NCBI GenBank assembly: GCA_965222155.1
Contig: CBDCTH010000012.1
Location: forward strand, 1,152,001-1,216,000
Length of the DNA: 64,000 nucleotides
Origin: Gammaproteobacteria bacterium
Lineage (GTDB): Bacteria > Pseudomonadota > Gammaproteobacteria > Eutrophobiales > Eutrophobiaceae
Direction of reading: 5' to 3'
In this document: positions 18,269 through 30,900 of the stretch, in pieces
Layout: every line of letters begins with the position of its first letter
Position numbering within the stretch: position 1 is the stretch's first letter
Position numbers and translations under genes: made by a program
Notes under the pieces: generated by a model
The model's database searches: none
The model's input: only the letters and a program-made list of their open reading frames with translations
What the model was told of the DNA's origin: nothing

Positions 18269-19843
18269 TCATTCCCACTCAATCGTAGCTGGCGGCTTGC
18301 TGGAGATGTCATAGACCACCCTGGACACCCCTTCCACCTCGTTCATGATACGCTCGGAGACTTCCTGCAGGAATTCGCCGGGCAGGCGGGCCCAGCGGGC
18401 GGTCATGAAATCGACGGTTTCCACGGCGCGCAGGGCTACCACGTAGTCATAGCGCCGGGCATCGCCCTTGACGCCTACGGACTTGACCGGCAGGAACACG
18501 GTGAATGCCTGGCTGGTCTTGTGGTACAGGTCATGCCGGATGAGTGCGCGGATGAAGATATCGTCGGCCTGGCGCAGGATTTCTGCGTATTCCTTTTTTA
18601 CTTCTCCGAGGATCCTCACCCCCAGGCCCGGGCCCGGAAACGGGTGGCGCCGGATTATTTCCGGCGGCAGTCCCAGTTGCTCGCCCAGTTTGCGTACTTC
18701 GTCCTTGAAAAGCTCGCGCAGGGGTTCGAGCAGCTTCAGCTTCATGCGTTCCGGCAACCCCCCTACGTTATGATGTGACTTGATAACGTGGGCCTTGCCG
18801 GTGCCGGCGCCGGCGGACTCGATCACGTCCGGGTAGATGGTGCCCTGGGCCAGCCATTTTTCATTTTTGAGTTTTTTTGCTTCCTCTTCAAAGATGGCAA
18901 TAAACTCACGGCCGATGATCTTGCGCTTTTCTTCCGGGTCGGCAACTCCCTTGAGTTTATCCATGTAACGTCGTTCGGCGTTGACGCGGATTACGCGCAT
19001 ACCCATGTGCCTGGAAAAGGTCTCCATAACCTGATCGCCCTCATTGAGGCGCAACAGGCCGGTGTCGACGAAGATACAGGTCAATTGATCGCCTATGGCC
19101 CGTTGCAACAGCGCTGCGGTCACCGCGGAATCGACGCCGCCGGACAAGGCCAGCAACACCTCGTCAGCGCCCACCCTGGCGCGCACGTCCGTGATGGCTT
19201 CCGTGATGATGTTGTCGGCGGTCCACAAGGTATCACAACCGGCAATCTCGCAGACGAACCGCTGCAGGATGGCCATGCCCTGACGGGTATGGGTCACCTC
19301 GGGATGAAACTGCAGGCCGTAAAACCCGCGCGCCTCGTCGGCCATGCCGGCTATCGGTGAGTTGTCCGTTGAGGCGATGCGTTTGAAACCTTCGGGCAAT
19401 TCATCGACCCGGTCACCGTGGCTCATCCAGACGTCCAGTAATCCGTGGCCTGCCGCGTTGCTGTCGTCCTGGATATCGCGCAATAAACGTGAATGCCCCC
19501 GGGCCCTGACCCTGGCGTACCCGAATTCCCGCAGATGGGAAGTGGCGACCTGCCCTCCCAGTTGCTGCGCCATGGTCTGCATTCCGTAACAGATACCGAG
19601 CACCGGCACGCCCAGATGGAACACGATATCAGGGGCGCGCCAGCTGTTATTGCCGGTCACCGATTCCGGTCCACCGGATAATATGATGGCTTTCGGGTTG
19701 AAATACCTGATTGCCGACTCATCCAGGTCGAACGGATATATCTCGTTGTAGACCCCTGTTTCCCGGACCCGCCGGGCGATGAGCTGGGTATATTGCGAGC
19801 CGAAGTCCAGGATCAGGATCTTGTCGCTGTGTATATCAGGCAT
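18269..19843 (-). CDS. guaA: GMP synthase (glutamine-hydrolysing)
   Basis: [43 protein letters not shown]. Confidence 0.99.
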   Translation of the reverse strand: MPDIHSDKILILDFGSQYTQLIARRVRETGVYNEIYPFDLDESAIRYFNPKAIILSGGPESVTGNNSWRAPDIVFHLGVPVLGICYGMQTMAQQLGGQVATSHLREFGYARVRARGHSRLLRDIQDDSNAAGHGLLDVWMSHGDRVDELPEGFKRIASTDNSPIAGMADEARGFYGLQFHPEVTHTRQGMAILQRFVCEIAGCDTLWTADNIITEAITDVRARVGADEVLLALSGGVDSAVTAALLQRAIGDQLTCIFVDTGLLRLNEGDQVMETFSRHMGMRVIRVNAERRYMDKLKGVADPEEKRKIIGREFIAIFEEEAKKLKNEKWLAQGTIYPDVIESAGAGTGKAHVIKSHHNVGGLPERMKLKLLEPLRELFKDEVRKLGEQLGLPPEIIRRHPFPGPGLGVRILGEVKKEYAEILRQADDIFIRALIRHDLYHKTSQAFTVFLPVKSVGVKGDARRYDYVVALRAVETVDFMTARWARLPGEFLQEVSERIMNEVEGVSRVVYDISSKPPATIEWE

Positions 19844-19860
19844 TGACGGGCAAGATTTAA

Positions 19861-20044
19861 TTTACATGGATGGACAGGATATACAGGATATACAGGATGT
19901 GATTCAGAAAAATAATAGTGTTTTACAGACGCCGTTTTACAAGGTCCCTGGAAGTAACATACAGGTTCAATCAGATACCATAGCCTGGCAACGTCTTGAA
20001 ATACATGATCAATAATCCTGTATATACTGTTCATCCATGTTAAA
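19861..20044. repeat. MITE-like element with ACATGGATG-ACAGGAT terminal IRs between guaB and guaA
   Basis: TTTACATGGATGGACAGGATATACAGGAT and ATCCTGTATATACTGTTCATCCATGTTAAA. Confidence 0.75.
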
Positions 20045-21508
<1,464 letters not shown>

Positions 21509-21584
21509 TTATTATAATGACCTTGAGAGAAGTGGTAAACAAAAAACACAAAAAACATTCATGATTCCTGTGTTGCTGTAGAGA

Positions 21585-22967
21585 ATGGTTTCTGATACCG
21601 GATTTTTTATGAACACTGTTATTACTGAAGAGCGCCGCGATATTTACACAATCACCCGTCTCAATCGTGAGGTCAGGGCTGTATTGGAGGACAGTTTCCC
21701 TCCGTCCTTATGGGTGCGCGGTGAGATTTCCAACCTGGCGCGGCCCGGTTCGGGGCATATCTACTTCTCCCTGAAGGACAAGCATTCACAGGTACGTTGC
21801 GCGATGTTCAAGAGCGCCAACCGCCACTTGAGATTCCCGGCAGAGAACGGCCAGGAAGTATTGGCCAGGGCCGGTGTCAGCCTGTATGAGGGTCGGGGTG
21901 AATTTCAATTGATCGTGGAACACATGGAGCCGGCCGGCGCCGGCGCCCTGCAGCAGGCGTTCGAGAAGCTCAAACAGAAGCTGCATGAAGAAGGTCTGTT
22001 TGCTGAAGATCACAAACTGCCACTCCCGGCCTACCCGGGGATAATCGGGGTTGTGACGTCGCCGACCGGTGCAGCCGTTAAAGACATAATCCAGGTGCTG
22101 GGGAGACGCTACGCCACTGCCGGTGTCATCGTTTACCCCGTACCCGTACAGGGTGAAGACGCAGCGCAACAGATTGCAGAAACCATCGATGAGGCAAACC
22201 GGCGCGAGGAATGTGACGTATTGATCCTCGCCCGGGGCGGCGGCTCCCTGGAGGACCTGTGGTCATTCAATGAGGAAATTGTTGCCAGGGCAATCTATCG
22301 CTCGGCTATTCCGCTGGTCAGCGGCATCGGCCACGAGATAGATTTTACCATTGCCGATTTCGTTGCCGACCAGCGGGCGCCTACTCCCTCGGCGGCGGCT
22401 GAACTGGTCAGTCCCGATGCTGCTGCCCTGCAGTCAAGGCTGAATACCCTGTACTCGCAACTCCACCTGCGTATCAACGACCTGCTGAACACACACCTGC
22501 GAAACGTGACGCAGTTGAGCAAACGCCTGCCACGACCTACCTACCTGCTGCAAAACATGGCACAGCGTATGGATGACCTGGCTATCCGGTCGAGACTCGC
22601 ACTGGATAACGGTATTGCATTACGCAGGGTGCGTCTGAACCGGTTCGCAGACGCCCTCACGAGCAGGAATCCCCTGCAACAGTTGGCAGGATACCGTACA
22701 AAATGCGATGTCCTGGACAAACAACTGAAAAATCACCTTGTCCGTAACCTGAAGGCATGGAAAAAACAACTGGATTTTCTTTCTCATTCCCTGAAGACGG
22801 TCAGTCCTCTGGCAACTCTGGACAGGGGCTATGCAATTGTCACGGATAAAGACGAAAACATCGTGCGCAGGGCGGATCAACTACATGAAAACGCCGTGAT
22901 CAGCACAAGATTCTCCAAGGGAAGCGTCCGCTCGACTGTCAACAAAATTAACGCTGATGATGAATGA
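21585..22967 (+). CDS. xseA: Exodeoxyribonuclease VII large subunit
   Basis: GEISN..SGHIYFSLKD, RGGGSLEDLWSFNEE, GHEIDFTIADFVAD, SPLATLDRGY; divergent from guaB. Confidence 0.98.
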   Translation: MVSDTGFFMNTVITEERRDIYTITRLNREVRAVLEDSFPPSLWVRGEISNLARPGSGHIYFSLKDKHSQVRCAMFKSANRHLRFPAENGQEVLARAGVSLYEGRGEFQLIVEHMEPAGAGALQQAFEKLKQKLHEEGLFAEDHKLPLPAYPGIIGVVTSPTGAAVKDIIQVLGRRYATAGVIVYPVPVQGEDAAQQIAETIDEANRREECDVLILARGGGSLEDLWSFNEEIVARAIYRSAIPLVSGIGHEIDFTIADFVADQRAPTPSAAAELVSPDAAALQSRLNTLYSQLHLRINDLLNTHLRNVTQLSKRLPRPTYLLQNMAQRMDDLAIRSRLALDNGIALRRVRLNRFADALTSRNPLQQLAGYRTKCDVLDKQLKNHLVRNLKAWKKQLDFLSHSLKTVSPLATLDRGYAIVTDKDENIVRRADQLHENAVISTRFSKGSVRSTVNKINADDE

Positions 22968-23018
22968 TCAAACATGGATGTACAGGATAGACAGGATTAT
23001 TGTGATTTAAGCTTTAAA

Positions 23019-23039
23019 ATATACCAATGAATGGTATAT
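23019..23039. promoter_or_regulatory. Palindromic operator ATATACCA-N5-TGGTATAT
   Basis: Perfect 8-bp arms 10 bp upstream of the toxin ATG. Confidence 0.6.
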
Positions 23040-23049
23040 AATCCACATC

Positions 23050-23316
23050 ATGACATGGACTGTTTACCTGACCAAAAAGGCGCATAAACAACTGGCAAAG
23101 CTGCCACGAATGATACAGGTCCTGGCTGATCTTGCCGTGACTGATCTGGAGGAACAGGGAGTTAACCCTCAGGGTTGGAATACTTTGAAAATCGGCAAAG
23201 ACGAATATCGTCTGCGCCTGAATTTCCGGTATCGCATGCGTTATCGTGTAACGACAGAACAGTCCTTGAGGATCGAAGTATTTTATATGGGGCATCGACG
23301 GGAGGCTTACAGATGA
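23050..23316 (+). CDS. RelE/ParE-superfamily toxin
   Basis: WTVYLTKKAHKQLAKLP...YRLRLNFRYRMRY...IEVFYMGHRREAY. Confidence 0.85.
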   Translation: MTWTVYLTKKAHKQLAKLPRMIQVLADLAVTDLEEQGVNPQGWNTLKIGKDEYRLRLNFRYRMRYRVTTEQSLRIEVFYMGHRREAYR

Positions 23317-23684
23317 GTCATACATTGAAAATTCAACACGATTTGAGGGGTGTGCTCGTGAAGCCTACCGAAAAAGTGGAGCGGGCACGCCTGAAAAACA
23401 TGAGCAGCCCAAGCGTGGATCAATACTTGAACGATGAGCTTGTGCCCGCTCAAACGTTGCACGACGAAATCAGACAGCGCTACGGCGATGCTTATAGAAC
23501 TCCGGCTTACTATTTGCGATCGTATCGCCAACGGGCCGGATTGACCCAGGCACAGCTGGCAGATCAAGCAGGTATTCGCCAGCACCACATCTCTGAAATG
23601 GAAAATAATAAACGGGCTATGGGGAAAACGATGGCCAGGAAGCTGGCGCAGATACTGGACTGTGATTACCGAAGATTGTTATAA
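23313..23684 (+). CDS. XRE-HTH antitoxin (HigA-like gene order)
   Basis: ATGA overlap with the toxin stop; LRSYRQRAGLTQAQLADQAGIRQHHISEMENNKR. Confidence 0.85.
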   Translation: MSHTLKIQHDLRGVLVKPTEKVERARLKNMSSPSVDQYLNDELVPAQTLHDEIRQRYGDAYRTPAYYLRSYRQRAGLTQAQLADQAGIRQHHISEMENNKRAMGKTMARKLAQILDCDYRRLL

Positions 23685-23845
23685 GGAATGATTAATCGAC
23701 TGGATTCCTGCCCCTGCTCAACGCCATACAGGGGCAGGCTTCCGCAGGAATGGTATCGGGGCAGATGCTGCTGTTACATTGCTGCGTGTTGTTACTTTTC
23801 CCCAAACATCCTGTACATCCTGTACATCGATGTGAATTTCCTCAA

Positions 23846-24820
23846 CTAAATTTCTGCCCGTTCCTGGGGCGATATCTGCGCGGCCTGCAGGTCGGCATGA
23901 TACGATGAGCGCACCATGGGGGCGCTGGCCACGCTGGTGAAGCCCAGTTGTCTGGCGTATTCGCCCAGGTCGGCGAATTCTGCCGGGTCCACGAATCTCT
24001 CCACCTGCAGGTGATACCGGCTTGGTTGCAGGTACTGGCCCAGGGTCAACATGTCGCAGTCATGTTCCCTGAGGTCGCTCAAGACCTGTTTGACATCCTC
24101 AATATCTTCACCCAGTCCCAGCATGAGGCCGGACTTTGTCGGAATTCCGGGGTGCTGTGCCTTGAATTTCCGGATCAGTTCCAGCGACCAGGGATAATCG
24201 GCGCCCGGCCTCGCCTTGCGGTACAGGACCGGTGTCGTCTCCAGGTTATGATTAAACACGTCGGGGGGCGCTTCGCCCAGTTTTTCCAGGGCTATGTCCA
24301 TCCGGCGGCGAAAGTCCGGGGTCAGTATTTCGATCTTCGTGGCAGGCGTCTTGCGGCGCACAGCCTTGACACAATCCCTGAACTGCCCTGCCCCGCTGTC
24401 GCGCAGGTCATCCCGGTCAACGGATGTAATGACCACGTATTTCAAGCCCATTAATTTAACGGCATGGGCCAGGTGTTCCGGTTCCTCCTTGTCCAGGGGT
24501 TGGGGGCGACCGTGGGCGACGTCACAAAAAGGACAACGCCGGGTACAGGTATCACCCATGATCATGAAGGTAGCGGTGCCCCGTGCAAAGCACTCACCCA
24601 GGTTGGGACAGGAAGCCTCCTCACACACCGTGTGCAGGGAATGTTCCCGCAACAGGCTCTTCAACTCAAACACCCTGGGATCGGTCGGCGCTTTTGCCCG
24701 GATCCAGTTGGGCTTTCTCGGCGGCTTCCCCTCCATCGGTACAACTCTTATCGGGATACGCGCGGTCTTGAATTTTCCGCGCCGTTCCTGCTTTGTGCGG
24801 TTTTCTAATGCCGTATTCAT
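23846..24820 (-). CDS. lipA: Lipoyl synthase
   Basis: [27 protein letters not shown]. Confidence 0.99.
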   Translation of the reverse strand: MNTALENRTKQERRGKFKTARIPIRVVPMEGKPPRKPNWIRAKAPTDPRVFELKSLLREHSLHTVCEEASCPNLGECFARGTATFMIMGDTCTRRCPFCDVAHGRPQPLDKEEPEHLAHAVKLMGLKYVVITSVDRDDLRDSGAGQFRDCVKAVRRKTPATKIEILTPDFRRRMDIALEKLGEAPPDVFNHNLETTPVLYRKARPGADYPWSLELIRKFKAQHPGIPTKSGLMLGLGEDIEDVKQVLSDLREHDCDMLTLGQYLQPSRYHLQVERFVDPAEFADLGEYARQLGFTSVASAPMVRSSYHADLQAAQISPQERAEI

Positions 24821-24845
24821 CTGTAAATATGTCGGGACAAAGCGT

Positions 24846-25514
24846 TTACGAAGCCATCTCTATGGGAAATAGAGTGTTCCTGTTATCACATCGTTCTATT
24901 TCATTGTATATAAACTGGTTTAACAGGCAAGGTAAAAAATTCTCAAGTGCTTCATCCAGCGTCAACCTTACCCCCCAGTCCGCCAGGTGCGTCACCTCCA
25001 GTCCCGGATAACCGCAAGGATTAATGCGCCGGAAAGGAGACAAATCCATACAGACATTGACAGCCAGGCCGTGATAACAACATCCCTTCCTGACCCGCAC
25101 GCCCAGGGCTGCGATTTTCTTGTCAGCCAGGTATACGCCCGGCGCGCCCTGGCGGCGTTGCGCGTTCAGGTCGTAGATAGCGAGAAAATCCATAACCGCC
25201 TGTTCCAGCAGCTTGACGAAACCCTTGATGGATACCCCGAGGCGCTTCAGGTCCAGCAGCAGGTAAACAACCAGTTGACCGGGGCCGTGATAAGTCACCT
25301 GTCCGCCCCGATCCACCTTATGCACGGGTATGGCGCCCGGGTCCAGCAGGTGCTCGGTGCGGCCGGCGAGGCCCAGGGTAAATACAGGCTCGTGTTCCAG
25401 GCACCAGATTTCGTCCACAGTTGCCGGGTCACGTCGGTTGGTATATTCAACCATTGATTCATAGACACCCAGGTATTCCTGCAGACCGAAATGCCGGATT
25501 ATGACCTTGTTCAT
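24846..25514 (-). CDS. lipB: Octanoyltransferase
   Basis: [32 protein letters not shown]. Confidence 0.98.
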   Translation of the reverse strand: MNKVIIRHFGLQEYLGVYESMVEYTNRRDPATVDEIWCLEHEPVFTLGLAGRTEHLLDPGAIPVHKVDRGGQVTYHGPGQLVVYLLLDLKRLGVSIKGFVKLLEQAVMDFLAIYDLNAQRRQGAPGVYLADKKIAALGVRVRKGCCYHGLAVNVCMDLSPFRRINPCGYPGLEVTHLADWGVRLTLDEALENFLPCLLNQFIYNEIERCDNRNTLFPIEMAS

Positions 25515-25648
25515 AGATTACTTACATGGATGCACAGGATAGACAGGATATAATTAAAAAATTCTGTATGATAATGGTTTCGCCCGAACGAATAAAATCA
25601 TAGTATACGCTCAGGTGATCTGAAAACATATACTCATAGGAGGCGCCC

Positions 25649-26029
25649 ATGAAGTTGGCAGCACTGTATTTGTCCTGTTCCTTGATATTCGGCTTCGTGC
25701 CAATCCAGGTCGTGCTCGCACAGGCCGAATCCGCATCCACCGAAGTGATTGAAACCTGCCCGATGCCGGAAAGACCTTCCATTCCCAACGGGTTGAAGTC
25801 CAGCGAGGATGAAATGATTGAGGCACAAAAAGGCATCAAAGACTATATTGCCAAAGGGGAAGCCGTACTGGCTTGCCTGGATGGACTCCGGGAAAGCTGG
25901 GGAGAAACCGCCACTGAAGAGCAACAGCAAATCAACATGCTTTTCTACAATAAAATGGTAGATGAAATGTCATCGACGGGTGAGTTGTTTAATTCTGCGG
26001 TTCGGGCCTATAAAGGCAGAAACCAGTAA
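25649..26029 (+). CDS. Hypothetical exported protein
   Basis: AGGAGG RBS, signal peptide, CPMPERPSIPNG...YNKMVDEM...FN.AVRAYK. Confidence 0.75.
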   Translation: MKLAALYLSCSLIFGFVPIQVVLAQAESASTEVIETCPMPERPSIPNGLKSSEDEMIEAQKGIKDYIAKGEAVLACLDGLRESWGETATEEQQQINMLFYNKMVDEMSSTGELFNSAVRAYKGRNQ

Positions 26030-26229
26030 TCCGCTGCAAACACCTGACAACCTGGTATCAATAGACAGGTTGCCTTGAGAATATAACCATAAGATGCCGT
26101 AAAGCCGTCATTGAGGGCGCAAGTTCACCTCCTGCCTGCAACATGCCGGCGCAGGTTTTTTAATGGTGTCGTGCAGAGTCCCGATTGCAGGAATCCATGG
26201 GCAGACCCTGAGGCATTGTCGTATTACGA

Positions 26230-27159
26230 ATGAAAGCGCTGGAGATTAATCGCCTGGAAAAAACCTACAAGAACGGGTTTCAGGCATTGAAAGGAATCGA
26301 CCTGGAGGTGGATGAAGGCGATTTCTTTGCGTTACTCGGCCCCAACGGCGCCGGCAAGTCCACCACCATCGGCATCATTTCCTCGCTGGTAACCAAAACC
26401 GCCGGTAGCGTCAGCGTTCTTGGCCTCGATAGCGACACTCATATAACCGAGATCAAATCCCGGTTAGGCATCGTCCCCCAGGAAATCAACTTTTCATTAT
26501 TTGAAACCTGCCTGAATATCTTGCTGAACCAGGCTGGATACTATGGAATTGACCGGAAACTGGCTTACCCCAGAGCGGAGAAATACCTCAGGCAACTGGG
26601 TTTGTGGGAACGGCGCAACGATATATCCCGCAACCTCTCCGGCGGACTCAAACGCCGGTTGTTGATTGCCAGGGCCCTGGTCCATGAACCGAAACTGCTG
26701 CTGCTGGATGAGCCGACTGCCGGCGTGGACGTGGAGTTGCGCCGTTCCACCTGGGATTTTCTGAGGGAGATTAACCGCCGGGGCACAACCATCGTCCTGA
26801 CCACTCATTACCTGGAAGAAGCCGAGAGTCTGTGTGAAAAAATTGCCATCATCGACAAGGGATCGATCATTGAATTCGGCTATAAAAAAGACCTGCTCGC
26901 CAAATTGCACTCGGAGACATTTATCCTGGACCTGGTAAGTCCACTGGAGAAACTGCCCGATATGCCGTTATTGGACATACGCCAGGTCGATCCGACAACC
27001 CTGGAAGTGGTCATCAACAGGGAGCAGAATGCAAACGCCGTATTTGAAATGCTGTCGGAGCACCGGATCATCGTGAGCAGCATGCGCAACAAGGCGAATC
27101 GCCTGGAAGAGTTATTCATCCGGTTACTGGACGACAATGAGCACGGAAATGACCACTGA
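26230..27159 (+). CDS. yadG: ABC transporter ATP-binding protein (YadG-like)
   Basis: GPNGAGKST, LSGGLKRR, LLDEPTAGVD, MRNKANRLEELF. Confidence 0.9.
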   Translation: MKALEINRLEKTYKNGFQALKGIDLEVDEGDFFALLGPNGAGKSTTIGIISSLVTKTAGSVSVLGLDSDTHITEIKSRLGIVPQEINFSLFETCLNILLNQAGYYGIDRKLAYPRAEKYLRQLGLWERRNDISRNLSGGLKRRLLIARALVHEPKLLLLDEPTAGVDVELRRSTWDFLREINRRGTTIVLTTHYLEEAESLCEKIAIIDKGSIIEFGYKKDLLAKLHSETFILDLVSPLEKLPDMPLLDIRQVDPTTLEVVINREQNANAVFEMLSEHRIIVSSMRNKANRLEELFIRLLDDNEHGNDH

Positions 27160-27925
27160 GCGGTTCTACATAGCCTACAAGACCATCGTCACCAAGGAGA
27201 TCACCCGGTTCTTGCGCATCTGGATGCAAACCGTGCTGCCGGCGGCGATCAGTATGGCGCTATACTTCATCATATTCGGCAACCTGATTGGCCCCCGTAT
27301 CGGCGTGATGGGCGGGTTCTCCTACATGGAATTCATTGCTCCGGGCATCATCATGATGTCGATAATCAATAACTCCTACTCCAATGTTTCTTCCTCTTTT
27401 TTCGGGGCGCGGTTTCAACGCCATATCGAGGAAATGCTGATTGCGCCCGTGCCTAACTGGATCATCCTCGCCGGTTATATTACCGGCGGTGTATTCAGGG
27501 GCTTGATTGTGGGGCTCATCGTGACCATTATTGCGTTGTTCTTCACGGGGATGCCCTCGGTTCACAACCCCTTCATCGTCTTAACTATAGTCATCCTGAC
27601 CTCCGTCCTGTTTTCCCTGGGCGGTTTTCTTAACGGCATATTTGCGAAGAACTTCGATGACATCTCCATCATCCCGACTTTCGTGCTGACCCCGCTGATA
27701 TACCTGGGGGGAGTATTCTATTCCATAGACCTGCTGCCTGACATCTGGCAATCCATCTCCCTGGCCAATCCGATACTGTACATGGTGAACGCCTTCCGAT
27801 ACGGCATATTGGGCGTTTCCGACATCAACATCCATGTTGCTTTCGCCATCATCCTGCTGTTTATCATCGCCCTGTCGTTTTTGTCCCTTTATCTGCTGCA
27901 GCGGGGGACGGGGATAAAGACCTGA
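27137..27925 (+). CDS. yadH: ABC-2 permease (YadH-like)
   Basis: KEITRFLRIWMQT, YMEFIAPG, LGGVFYS, NPILYMVNAFRYG. Confidence 0.9.
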   Translation: MSTEMTTERFYIAYKTIVTKEITRFLRIWMQTVLPAAISMALYFIIFGNLIGPRIGVMGGFSYMEFIAPGIIMMSIINNSYSNVSSSFFGARFQRHIEEMLIAPVPNWIILAGYITGGVFRGLIVGLIVTIIALFFTGMPSVHNPFIVLTIVILTSVLFSLGGFLNGIFAKNFDDISIIPTFVLTPLIYLGGVFYSIDLLPDIWQSISLANPILYMVNAFRYGILGVSDINIHVAFAIILLFIIALSFLSLYLLQRGTGIKT

Positions 27926-27946
27926 TTCAAACCGGAAACTATTCAG

Positions 27947-30900
27947 CTACCGAACCCAATGGTTGGAGCGTTCATCCTCCCGCCTGGCTTCTTCCTCATA
28001 GTCTCTCGCCACACGTCGAAGTGAAGCGGCGGTTTTTGGCCATTCCATCTCGCATTGGCTTGCATATTGATGATATTTTTTTGCGAGTTCTCCTTCCTGT
28101 GATCTTCCTGTCTCAAAAGGGACGCTGCCGTTTTTATTATATATCCCGACCCTGAAGCCACGGACTAAATCATCGCTGTCGATTTCATCTATTACATCCC
28201 GTACCGGTAGGCTCGGCCACTCATCACTACATTCCGGATCCATCGCCAGAACCTCGCCAATACGCTCATCACACACTGCCAGGTGACCTGACTCTTCACA
28301 TTTTTCTCTGGCGTTCCTTACCCAATCCATCAGTTCCTGTTCATTGATTACTCCTGAATCACTTATTCCGGGTATCCTCCTCCATTGAGTTAATAACATA
28401 TACGCTTGATGCGCGCGTGCTTTTTCCTGTTCCGTGAGAGCTTGCTGGTTATCTTCCAACTCTTTATCCGAGCGAAAATTCATATGAATGAGTTGACAGA
28501 AGAATTCGGGATTCTGCTGTAAGGATTTTTCCAGGGTTACCGGAGATGACCCACTGTATTCATCCAGAAATTCAAGGTAGACCCACTCCAATTCAGCTAG
28601 TCTGGTCGAATCTATATCCAAGCATCTTTCTTGTAGATATTTAAATAATTCCTGGATTTTATACTTATCATCATTCACCACCACATCTTCAGGACTGATC
28701 TTATTTTGTGCTTTCAGTCTTATTTCTAAAGTTTCCAGTGTTATAATAACCAGAGTAGGATCAATCTTGCATTGGTCATACAAGGCCACATTCAATACGT
28801 CAATGGCTTGCAAAGGTCGTTCATAGTGGAGTAATTTTGTTACAGCGAACTCAATGTCTTCTTTCTTGCCATCTCGAACAAACGCTTGCACAAGCCCCCA
28901 ATAAAAAGCCTCGACACCAGTATTCTGCTTTTCCACCCATGCCCAGGTTTTTCGTTCAAAAGGTAAAACGGATAAAAATAAACCGGATTGTTCCGGTTGC
29001 CATGTCCTCACGGGAAGTTTTTCAACCCACTCCCAGCCTTTGTGTTCAAACAGCGCGCCGACAACGCCTGCAGCAAATTCTCTTTCCTGTTGATTTTCCG
29101 AACTCAACAGAAAAGGAATAATTTCGTCATTATCACTATATAGTGTGCTTTTTACATAAGTATTGCCTACGATATCTGGACGCTCGGATTCTCTGGCAAG
29201 CCTGAGGATATCTTTTAATCCGGCTTCCTTAAATATTCCCCATAAAGCCTGCTTTCTGTTTTGATAAATTGTTTCCGTTTGCTCTTGTCGGGAATTACCA
29301 GGATTGATTAAGCTTGGAGAATATGTCGTAAATAACCATAGGTGCTTAGCGACCAGGTCAACAGGTTCAAAACGGTTTTGTAATATCTCCAACCTGCCAA
29401 CAAAATCTGGTGGAATAGTCCAATTTATGACTGGGTTATGGTGTTTTTTTAGCTGTTTTCGTATGCTTTTCGTTATTTTTCTCCTGACCAATGTATCCAC
29501 CTCTGTCAGGTCCCATTGTTCCATACGATCGAGCAGATGTTTTTGTGTGGCTTGCGGAAGATGGTCAAACTCATCGAACAACTGTGACCATCGTTCGATA
29601 TCATTTCCCGCCATGGAAACCAAGTAGTCCGCACAAGCGGATATTTGTTGCCAATACCCGGCATAAGTAGGTGTGTACTCCCAACCCATAGACCAATCCC
29701 GCCATACTGGCATACGCGTATCCGAGGATGTCCTTAATACATTGGGCAGGAGGCTGATCAATAATTTCCAGGCTGTTTTCGGGGCTTTTTCTATCATCTT
29801 TTTTATCGCTTTTATTCTCTGTTCTGTCGAGGCGGTTGTGTGAGAATGCCAGGGCAGGAAAACCTGTTGCAGACTAGACAGGGGTCTGCTTGACCATTTT
29901 CTTTGCGGGTCGCATTGATACAAGCGCACAAGAATTAAACTCACGCGCGTAAGATAAGGCGGATTCCAGGCCAGTACTTCCAGTGTGTCTGACAATCCAT
30001 CGTATGCAGAAAATAAAACGGGTAAGAAAACATCAGAGTTATTAAACAATTTCTTCAGCGCAGGACTGTTGCGATTGATATCTTTTTCGACGGATGATAA
30101 GAACACATCGGGGGCAGCTTCTGCCAATACAGGTAACAAGTCGGACAAAGAAGCCCATTGTTGCCAGGAAGTCCTCTCATTCAGAAGGTTACTAACGATT
30201 TGTTCAGCCTCTCGCTCAGGGTTGATACCGCCTTGAAGCAGGCCGTTCCCGGATTTGCATCCCAACAAAGCCAGCGTTTCACAAATACCCGAACGGATCT
30301 GCGCGGAATATTTCAGTTCGCTATCGTGAAACGCAGTATAAGGTTGTTCCTCAGCAGGCAGGTCATGCCTGGAGTCCACCTCGCTGAGAACTTCTACTGC
30401 TATCTCCTCAAATGTAAGAAGGTCCTGTCGGGTTATATAGCTAGCCAACAGCATCCATGAATCTTCTCGTGACACCAGGCTACAGTTTGCCTGCACACGC
30501 AGGACGGGGGAGTCAATTTCATTCAGCCAGCGATTGATTATGTTTGCATTCTCTTCATACGACTCACCGGATAATTTCTCTATGGCGCGTTGATCGGCGT
30601 CAGACGTCTCGTCCCAAGCGCCGACTAAAATAAAAGGTATTAATTTTCGAGCATTGGATGATTGGCTCCATTCAGGCTGTTTTGTAGCAGGAGAACGGGA
30701 AATAGCGCGTTTTAATACGGTTAAACTCCCACCCGACTGGCGGGCAAGATCAGAAGCTTCTTGTTCTTTAAGACCGGAATTAGTCAATACTTTTTTTAAT
30801 TCGTATCGCTCGGGTCGTGGTAAACGAATTCGCTCATGTTTCGTGGAGAAACGGTGAGAGCAAAGCAGAACGTGATGGCCTTGACGCACGGCTTCAGTGA

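Larger units (their letters stand above)
22971..23834. mobile_element. IR-bounded cassette carrying a TA pair
   Basis: IRs at 22971-22997 and 23808-23834 (23/27 match), same family as 19861-20044. Confidence 0.6.
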
